Below are positions 17,083 through 23,321 of a stretch of 30,510 bases of DNA, piece by piece. Source of the stretch: a virus (Duplodnaviria; Caudoviricetes); IMG/VR virus record IMGVR_UViG_3300040971_000040, positions 1 through 30,510 of that record. One strand, given 5' to 3'. Each line of letters begins with the position of its first letter. The first letter of the stretch is position 1. The translations under genes were made by a program, and so were the position numbers. Below the pieces are notes generated by a model. It had not been told where the DNA came from. It ran no database searches and was given only the letters and a program-made list of their open reading frames with translations.

Positions 17083-17950
17083 TTCTTTTCTCCAAAAGAG
17101 TTTTAACTATTTCGACGGCTTCCCATGCCTTTTTATTTGGTAAAAACGAGCCACCATATCTCTCCTCTTTAAAAGGAACGACTTTCTTAACAGCAGCCTT
17201 CATATCATCCTGAAACTGTGTTCTTGTCGGATTAAACATCTGAGAAATACTTCCTCTGTCCCCTCTGCCCGACAAATCAAACTTGATAGAATCCATCCAT
17301 TTGTGGTTAAAAAGACCTCTCGCATAAGCAGAAAATCTTTGTGTGGAAGCGTGCCCAAAAGGGTCGTGTCCTCCCCTATACGTCCCCATACTCACTTCGT
17401 CTGTATCGAGATTAGTGAAGCAACACGCAACAGCCATAACCATTTCCCATTTCCACTTAGGGAATCTTTCTTTAATAAGTTGGACATTTTTATTTCTGGA
17501 ATTGTTATGTCTATCCCAGAGATAACGCACATGGGTTGACACAAGAAGAGGAGCATTTCTTGGAACACCTGAGATGGAGATAGGAACGAACCATTTACGC
17601 TCTTCAGCCGTATGCTCGCATATATACGGGGAAAGCATTCGACTCTTAACAGCCCAATTGAGGTATCTATTAATGAATTTTGCTTGTGATTGGGCTTTCT
17701 CCGCAGTGGTTTTTGCTCTGTCAGGTGTTACAACCATTTGGAAAAGAATGGGGTTTCTATCTTCCAAGAAAGGCCCCGATCTAAAAAACCAACCAAGACA
17801 GATGGCAAAGAGGTCGCTTTCCTTTACAGCTCCGTCATCGTACATAACAAAGCCGGGCTGCTGTCCAATTCGATTTTCAGCAAAGGCTTTCTGTGCATAT
17901 TCTAATGCAGCTTTCCTTTGAACATCCGTCATCTTTTGTTCAGCCTTCAT
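17075..17950 (-). CDS. Hypothetical protein (291 aa) heading the amidoligase cluster
   Basis: SD AAGGAGG; long ORF overlapping the next gene. Confidence 0.8.
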   Translation of the reverse strand: MKAEQKMTDVQRKAALEYAQKAFAENRIGQQPGFVMYDDGAVKESDLFAICLGWFFRSGPFLEDRNPILFQMVVTPDRAKTTAEKAQSQAKFINRYLNWAVKSRMLSPYICEHTAEERKWFVPISISGVPRNAPLLVSTHVRYLWDRHNNSRNKNVQLIKERFPKWKWEMVMAVACCFTNLDTDEVSMGTYRGGHDPFGHASTQRFSAYARGLFNHKWMDSIKFDLSGRGDRGSISQMFNPTRTQFQDDMKAAVKKVVPFKEERYGGSFLPNKKAWEAVEIVKTLLEKRNA

Positions 17951-18107
17951 AAATTCCCTCCTTAATCATACGTCTTATATCCTCCCTCTTTTCTTTCTGT
18001 TCATTTCTTCTTTTAATCTTTCCCCTCAAACTACGCTCCACCTCTTCAGGAGCATAGCCTTTCGACAGAGCTTTCTTGGCTGGCTGAAATCTGTATGTTT
18101 TACCCAT
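17940..18107 (-). CDS. Small basic protein (55 aa)
   Basis: Not in the track. MGKTYRFQPAKKALSKG...KIKRRNEQKEKREDIRRMIKEG. Confidence 0.65.
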   Translation of the reverse strand: MGKTYRFQPAKKALSKGYAPEEVERSLRGKIKRRNEQKEKREDIRRMIKEGIYEG

Positions 18108-18207
18108 GCTACGCTACCCCTATTTCGCACAGAATTGCCCTTCTCAGGCGTTGTAGATGAAAAGTGGACCCATTGTACCTTATGATAGATGGAAGCCCTT
18201 CTAAGGG

Positions 18208-18468
18208 CTATTCTTCATCATATTCAAATCCTATGTTGTTGTTATCCCACCCTCTCAGTATCTTGTTGCAAAGATCCGCCCAAAAATCCCTTCCTTGAGG
18301 AGTGTCTGCAAAGGTGAAACAATTCGTGAGTATTCCAGTTCTTCTTGCCAACCCTCTTTTGGCGCACTCTTCCAGATACCAAGCTGCATCGGGGTCGATC
18401 CCCTCCACTTGAGCGAGCATAAGGTTGTATGAGGGGATATGCTCATCATGTCTGAAAACTTTCGCCAT
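18208..18468 (-). CDS. Early protein, TPQG-W family, paralogue B
   Basis: IDPDAAWYL...FTFADTPQGRDFW...ILRGW. Confidence 0.75.
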   Translation of the reverse strand: MAKVFRHDEHIPSYNLMLAQVEGIDPDAAWYLEECAKRGLARRTGILTNCFTFADTPQGRDFWADLCNKILRGWDNNNIGFEYDEE

Positions 18469-18471
18469 ACA

Positions 18472-18732
18472 TCACCACCCGTGTTGAATTTGTTCTGCAA
18501 TGTTGGACCAATAGTCATGTTCTTGTGGAGTAGCATCCCATATCATCAGCCCCGACAAAGCTCTACACATACCGCCGCCGGAAAGCTTATAGTGGATATG
18601 TGATCCTGCCCTTTTTGACTCTACTACCAAATAATCAGCCGCTTGCCTGTCAATCTTTCTTATTTCCGCTACCAATCTACGGAAGTTGTTTGCTCTTTCA
18701 AGGGCGATAGGATATTTATTTTTCTTCTTCAT
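18472..18732 (-). CDS. Early protein, TPQG-W family, paralogue A
   Basis: IDRQAADYL...MIWDATPQEHDYW...IQHGW; SD AAGGAGG. Confidence 0.75.
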   Translation of the reverse strand: MKKKNKYPIALERANNFRRLVAEIRKIDRQAADYLVVESKRAGSHIHYKLSGGGMCRALSGLMIWDATPQEHDYWSNIAEQIQHGW

Positions 18733-18748
18733 ACCTTTCCTCCTTAAA

Positions 18749-19126
18749 TTAGTCAGTTATTTGACTTGTTTCCAATTCTAATTCTGCAATCTCTTTCTTG
18801 AATAATGTGTTTAGATAGGCCAGTGCATTATCAGGCAATTCCTGAACATGGGTATTATTAACAATCGTTGGTATGACATAGATTGCCAAGGCTTCTTTTT
18901 TCGAGGGGATTAAAATATTTAAAGAAAAACAGACCACAAAAATAATACCTAGATATTTATTTGTTTTAGTTATAGCCCCACGCTCCTCAACAGAAATTTC
19001 ATCCCCGAATATTATTAACGATAATGCTATAAGGACATAAAGAGTTGCTGAGATAACAGTTATAGGTCCGGCTATATCTCTTATTGTGAATAAAATATCC
19101 AAAAAGTACAACACTAATACGTTCAT
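18749..19126 (-). CDS. Membrane protein (2-3 TM helices)
   Basis: Hydrophobic segments followed by IPSKKEALAIY; SD AAGGAG; AT-rich. Confidence 0.8.
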   Translation of the reverse strand: MNVLVLYFLDILFTIRDIAGPITVISATLYVLIALSLIIFGDEISVEERGAITKTNKYLGIIFVVCFSLNILIPSKKEALAIYVIPTIVNNTHVQELPDNALAYLNTLFKKEIAELELETSQITD

Positions 19127-19144
19127 AATTCACTCCTTAAATTG

Positions 19145-19175
19145 TGTCACAAAACGCTTTTTCTTACGTATAATA
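19145..19175 (+). promoter_or_regulatory. Phage promoter motif, copy 3, antisense to the early genes
   Basis: TGTCACA-AAACGCTTTTTCT-TACGTATAATA; 30/33 nt identical to the copy at 22843. Confidence 0.75.
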
Positions 19176-19235
19176 CAGTATATCCTGTGAATGATTATTA
19201 ATTATTCTAAACATAAACTTAATAAACATTCCTCC

Positions 19236-19346
19236 TCAAATGATGAATGGTTTCTTTCTCTTCTTTTGTAAGCGCCCAATAAATACTAGGATTATAAATA
19301 CACCTCGGATCAGGGAGATTATAACGCTTCGCAAGTGTTCTTTCAT
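19236..19346 (-). CDS. Single-TM peptide (36 aa)
   Basis: Not in the track. MKEHLRSVIISLIRGVFIILVFIGRLQKKRKKPFII; ATGA overlap. Confidence 0.5.
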   Translation of the reverse strand: MKEHLRSVIISLIRGVFIILVFIGRLQKKRKKPFII

Positions 19347-19552
19347 ACTTCTTTAATGCGCTCACAAGATGCCTCCTTTATTCTTTCTCGTACATGCACA
19401 CGTTCTAACCATAGCCCTGCTTTAAGCTTCGCTTCCATTTCACTTGTCGCGTATCCCTCCCATGTTGGGTGCCCTAGCATTGTATGAAATACAACTTTGT
19501 ATCGTTGTACAGGTTGGGCTTTGAATGATGTTGATGATAGGTGCTCCCTCAT
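19343..19552 (-). CDS. Hypothetical early protein (69 aa)
   Basis: Start MREHLS at 19552 (SD GGAGG, ATGA overlap). Confidence 0.65.
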   Translation of the reverse strand: MREHLSSTSFKAQPVQRYKVVFHTMLGHPTWEGYATSEMEAKLKAGLWLERVHVRERIKEASCERIKEV

Positions 19553-19656
19553 ATAACCCCTCCGCACCTCAAACAACACATCACAATAATAGCGAGAGAG
19601 AAAGCAATCATCCCATATACTTCAAACCATATACGTACAATAGATTTTCTTTTCAT
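19549..19656 (-). CDS. Single-TM peptide (35 aa)
   Basis: MKRKSIVRIWFEVYGMIAFSLAIIVMCCLRCGGVI; SD GAGG. Confidence 0.55.
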   Translation of the reverse strand: MKRKSIVRIWFEVYGMIAFSLAIIVMCCLRCGGVI

Positions 19657-19664
19657 AACATCCC

Positions 19665-19742
19665 TCACATAAGTATAAAGATTAGACAGAGAAACCCTAT
19701 AACCATGACAATACCAAGGAAAGATAGCAGCTCGCCTAACAT
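19665..19742 (-). CDS. Single-TM peptide (25 aa)
   Basis: Not in the track. GGAGGT directly before MLGELLSFLGIVMVIGFLCLIFILM. Confidence 0.5.
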   Translation of the reverse strand: MLGELLSFLGIVMVIGFLCLIFILM

Positions 19743-19900
19743 ACCTCCCCCACAAGATTCATATCTTTGTCATACAAGGCCCACTCCTCACCTTCTAAAC
19801 TAGCGAGTTTATCTGACAACTCTTCTTGCCTTTCATAGGCCCTGAAGAACTCCCCATTAAGATAGAGATAGAGAACATTGTCTCTAATAGGTGCAATCAT
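19736..19900 (-). CDS. Acidic hypothetical protein (54 aa)
   Basis: Not in the track. MIAPIRDNVLYLYLNGEFF...; ATGA overlap with the upstream gene. Confidence 0.6.
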   Translation of the reverse strand: MIAPIRDNVLYLYLNGEFFRAYERQEELSDKLASLEGEEWALYDKDMNLVGEVC

Positions 19901-20040
19901 TTCTTACCCACCTTTGGCGTTGTATATTTACTTGACGAGAATATCTTTGTCCTCTCTACCTTACGCACTGTACCACAACAAGGGCACACCTTGGCATGTC
20001 CTATGTTACATCCGCAGAAAGCACATTTCATCTTGCTCAT
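19897..20040 (-). CDS. Small zinc-finger protein (47 aa)
   Basis: MSKMKCAFCGC...VCPCCG; SD AAGGAGG. Confidence 0.7.
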   Translation of the reverse strand: MSKMKCAFCGCNIGHAKVCPCCGTVRKVERTKIFSSSKYTTPKVGKK

Positions 20041-20107
20041 GGTTCCCTCCTTATGTGTTAATGTAAACAATTCAAGGCGCAACAATGTTACACCTTGTCA
20101 GAATACA

Positions 20108-20341
20108 CTACACAGAAATAATTATATCACAACAGGTAATCTTCTTCACATCCATAGCTCGCAAGTCTTTTGCGTTCACAAGCTGGTTGAGAGTGTCAAC
20201 CTTAACGTGGTATAACATCCCTATAATTGTATTCTGCTTTCCTACCACTACACCCACCGAGCCTAGTTTATGTGCGTGATTCTCTTGACCAATCACTTCA
20301 ACCAATTCACCAAGACGGAATACTGTTCTTGTCTTTGCCAT
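20108..20341 (-). CDS. Hypothetical early protein, possible SH3/KOW-like barrel (77 aa)
   Basis: FRLGELVEV...GSVGVVVG...YHVKV; SD GAGGTG. Confidence 0.65.
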   Translation of the reverse strand: MAKTRTVFRLGELVEVIGQENHAHKLGSVGVVVGKQNTIIGMLYHVKVDTLNQLVNAKDLRAMDVKKITCCDIIISV

Positions 20342-20342
20342 G

Positions 20343-20561
20343 TTACACCTCATCCAAGTGACGATACATTACATAAATCTTATCTTCAGTTACCAATTCA
20401 ATCCGGTATTCGCATGTTCCAATACGATGGAGCATGGACGCATCCAATCCAAGCAATACATCATAGGTTTCCTGATCTTCTTCCCGATCTATGCATCCGG
20501 GATACCGCACCTCAAACGCATCTTCCAATGCTAATGCCCGCAATTGTTCCAATGCACCCAT
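20343..20561 (-). CDS. Acidic hypothetical early protein (72 aa)
   Basis: SD GGGGTGG; fits the operon packing. Confidence 0.65.
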   Translation of the reverse strand: MGALEQLRALALEDAFEVRYPGCIDREEDQETYDVLLGLDASMLHRIGTCEYRIELVTEDKIYVMYRHLDEV

Positions 20562-20638
20562 AATCCACCCCCATTAGTTTTGTTCACATGATGAAGAGCA
20601 CAAGCATTACACTTGTGCCCTATACATATGAGCAAGAG

Positions 20639-21280
20639 TTAGTTCTTCACCTTCTCAAGAACAATACCCATTTCATTTGCCAATGCTTCCACCTTCAGGA
20701 GGAAGGCAGCCTCTTCCTTGGAAGGCAAGTATTCCCCTTCCTTAATTGCCTTGAGATCATTCTTCAGGGCCGTGGCGAACTTGGCCTTATACGGGCTTGC
20801 AGGCTTGACAGCATTAAAATCCCACCAGTTGTATGCACTAGTCCTACGCTTCACATCCATAGGAATGATGGAGCGTGTGACGCTCTTCTTCTTTTCCTTC
20901 CCGTCCACCACTTCCGTGTATGAATCCTTAGCAGGGGAAAACCTACTATTCTTTCCATCCCACCTAAGGCAGCTCTTTTCTGCATCCAGAATGAGCTTAC
21001 CATCCTTGTCAAGGGCTATTTCGCCCGGAGTGAATGCCCACAACACGTATTCCATTACGCTTGTGATGTTCACAAGACGGACATTCCCCACCTTCTCCAA
21101 GAATTCATTCAACTTACTTGTTCCAATTCTTCCCTCTTCATCATATGCCTTTGCAAGGCAAGCATGACGAAGGATGATGCCGGACAAGTCACGCAGTCCA
21201 GTTGCTTTGTCGATGAAGTCAAAGAACAAGTGGTCAAACTGAGAGGCATTCTCATTGGCAATAATCTGATTGGCGTTCAT
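20639..21280 (-). CDS. First early protein (213 aa), function unknown
   Basis: Start MNANQ at 21280 with SD AAGGAG; phage-like codon usage. Confidence 0.85.
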   Translation of the reverse strand: MNANQIIANENASQFDHLFFDFIDKATGLRDLSGIILRHACLAKAYDEEGRIGTSKLNEFLEKVGNVRLVNITSVMEYVLWAFTPGEIALDKDGKLILDAEKSCLRWDGKNSRFSPAKDSYTEVVDGKEKKKSVTRSIIPMDVKRRTSAYNWWDFNAVKPASPYKAKFATALKNDLKAIKEGEYLPSKEEAAFLLKVEALANEMGIVLEKVKN

Positions 21281-21299
21281 GGTAGTCTCCTTTGTGTGT

Positions 21300-21650
21300 T
21301 GGGTACAAGGACAATTCCTTGATTGGGAAAGGCAAACAAAACGCTTGCCTTTCCTCTCAAAGAACCATTGCCTCTCACGCAATGGCCTAAGTTATGCTCA
21401 AACAAGCAATAGAACAGCGAACAAAAAGCTTATGGACCACGTCCCCAAGCACAACGCCCCAACAGTGTTTTGACGTATTAGCTCAAAGACTAGCCCACTT
21501 CCCATTCATCCTATTGCTTGTCCCTTTCCCCGACGTGTCTTTGAGCAGTCACATATAGCATGGTCGCCCATACATCTGCATTCCAGTCCGCGTTGGCTCA
21601 AGGTAGCCTTAGGGCAGAATCTGCCCCGTTATGTCAAAGAACCCTCGTCT
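21300..21650 (-). ncRNA. Structured early leader RNA with boxA-like motifs
   Basis: Perfect stems 21306-21321, 21326-21354, 21365-21385, 21481-90/21537-46 and 21402-12/21511-21; GTTCTTTGA at 21632-42 and 21355-65. Confidence 0.5.
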
Positions 21651-21659
21651 CTTGCTTCC

Positions 21660-21689
21660 CTTCTAGGCCCATCTGCTTGCTCCCGTCAA
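21660..21689 (-). promoter_or_regulatory. Candidate host sigma-70 early promoter
   Basis: TTGACG-N18-TAGAAG upstream of the leader; weak -10. Confidence 0.4.
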
Positions 21690-21766
21690 GCTTTATTTTG
21701 GGCCTCCAGAAAGATTTTTCTGGCCTCCAGCTTATGGCCTCTATCGCCGCTGGATAAAACCCATGT

Positions 21767-22574
21767 AGCAGGGGGCATGCCAAGATAGCTGGAGCATGAA
21801 AAATAGTTTGAAACTATGTGGATTTATTGGATAAAAATCTTTTGGCATGATAGGTGCATGGGAAAAAGAGGCTGATTTTAGTATAAAAATTTGTACTGAT
21901 ATTTTAACCAAAGGCACGAAACAGAAAGGAAAATGATAGGTAAACATAAACATATTATGGAGTTACGAAAATTTGTACTGTTTCAGGGGAAAGTATAAAT
22001 TGTTGTACTGGCTGATTATTGGCATGGAACTTGCTACGTGTGCATGTGCGGGCACATGTGCGCGGGCATGTGCATGTGTGTGTCGCATATAATGATATGG
22101 ATCAATGGTTGGCACACTATATGCATTGCAAGGAACATGCCAAAGAAAAAGCTTGACACACATAAACTATTGAAAACAAAGGACAATCTATTTCAGACGT
22201 TCTGGAGAGTTTTTGATAGTATGGTATGGGAAAATGCTAGGGGGCCTGTAATGGGCAAATATGGGGCCAGAAAGGGCAAATAGGCTTGGCATAGAATATG
22301 CATAGTGGCCCATGCCGTAGGCGCAGTCTTATGCAATGTCCGTGCCGAAGGCGTTTGGCATAAACCTAGCAATAGCAAGGACTGTGCCAAGTGGTATGGT
22401 ATGAAATGTGCTAATGCAAAAGGTGTGCCAATTGAAGATGGTATGTGATATGGTAATGCACTATTCATGCCGAAGGCGCAAGTATCTTGATAGTCAAACT
22501 AAATTTGATGATGATAGGTGGCATTATCAATAGGGATACATGCAAAAGTTATGCCATTAGCAAGAACTATGCCA
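21767..22574. repeat. Array of 14 sigma-54 (-24/-12) consensus sites
   Basis: 16-mers YGGYAY-N7-GCW with exact GG-N10-GC spacing; 6 on the plus strand and 8 on the minus strand. Confidence 0.85.
22036..22083. repeat. Alternating purine-pyrimidine tract
   Basis: acgtgtgcatgtgcg-g-gcacatgtgcgcg-g-gcatgtgcatgtgtgtgt. Confidence 0.7.
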
Positions 22575-22618
22575 AGGTGAATTGATATTGATTGCTGCTA
22601 GCAACGATGGAGGGGGTT

Positions 22619-22648
22619 GGGGGTAGTCGATTTGTATGCACTACCCCC
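22619..22648. repeat. GC-rich inverted repeat near the probable genome terminus
   Basis: GGGGGTAGT-N12-ACTACCCCC followed by TAAAAA twice. Confidence 0.6.
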
Positions 22649-22842
22649 TAAAAATATCTGCTAAAAATTCTAACTGCCCCCAAACAATAACAAACACAGA
22701 CACATATATTATTATACGTCTCACTTCGTTCGACAAGAATACTAACGCTATTCCTGTGGGAGCGAAGCGACCACGTCTATAAATTTCTTTGTTAATGTTT
22801 TTAATAGCTTATCTATAAATTTATATTTATTTTTAAAAATCA

Positions 22843-22873
22843 TGTCACAAAAGTGTTTTTCTTACGTATAATA
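22843..22873 (+). promoter_or_regulatory. Phage promoter motif, copy 4 (late operon)
   Basis: TGTCACA-AAAGTGTTTTTCT-TACGTATAATA in AT-rich DNA, 100 nt before the first late gene. Confidence 0.8.
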
Positions 22874-22973
22874 CATTATAGAGATAATAATTATTAGTTA
22901 TTAATTATGTTAGTAATTAATAAATAGAATTATGAATATATGTGTTTTTAATATTTATTAATATTCTATTAGA

Positions 22974-23312
22974 ATGGAGAATGCTGTGGCAGAGATTAAA
23001 GCTAAGTACAAGAAGTATGACAAGAGCAAGGCTGCTGTTGTTAAAGCTAGTGTTGGGAGAGGTGGACTTAAAGGGAAGCCTAAAGATGAAAGTAAGATGC
23101 GGGCTAAAGTAGACAGAAGCAAAGTGAAGGGCAGTGTTAAAGCTGCTCCTAAGAAGGCTGAGCCTAAGAGGTATGGCGAAGGTAACCAGATGGTTATTCG
23201 AGGCAATAAAGCTAACGTTTCTGCAGAACAGCTTAAAGCTTCTGGCCTCTCCCTTCGTCAGTACATGAACCAGTGGAAGAAGACAGGCAAGCGTCCTGGG
23301 AAGAAAGCGTAA
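22974..23312 (+). CDS. Highly basic (Lys-rich) protein, possibly DNA-binding
   Basis: K/R-rich throughout; compact C-terminal VSAEQLKASGLSLRQYMN. Confidence 0.75.
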   Translation: MENAVAEIKAKYKKYDKSKAAVVKASVGRGGLKGKPKDESKMRAKVDRSKVKGSVKAAPKKAEPKRYGEGNQMVIRGNKANVSAEQLKASGLSLRQYMNQWKKTGKRPGKKA

Positions 23313-23321
23313 TAGGAGTAG

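Noticed and set aside
21281-21382. N-terminal extension of the first early ORF given in the track
   Set aside because: The upstream start lacks an SD and crosses hairpins; ATG 21280 has AAGGAG
22222-22335. Additional sigma-54 sites at 22222(+), 22302(-) and 22319(+)
   Set aside because: Spacing is 11 nt or the -12 GC is missing; not counted among the 14
21741-22468. ORFs 21741-21953, 21963-22163, 22038-22283 and 22193-22468 (His/Ala or Cys/Met repeats)
   Set aside because: By-products of the RY tract and TGGCA/TGCCA motifs; no SD; the region reads as non-coding
21767-22574. CRISPR array or simple tandem repeat
   Set aside because: No identical 23-47-nt repeats with regular spacers; units occur on both strands with variable middles
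22619-22655. Intrinsic terminator
   Set aside because: The stem is not followed by a U tract on either strand
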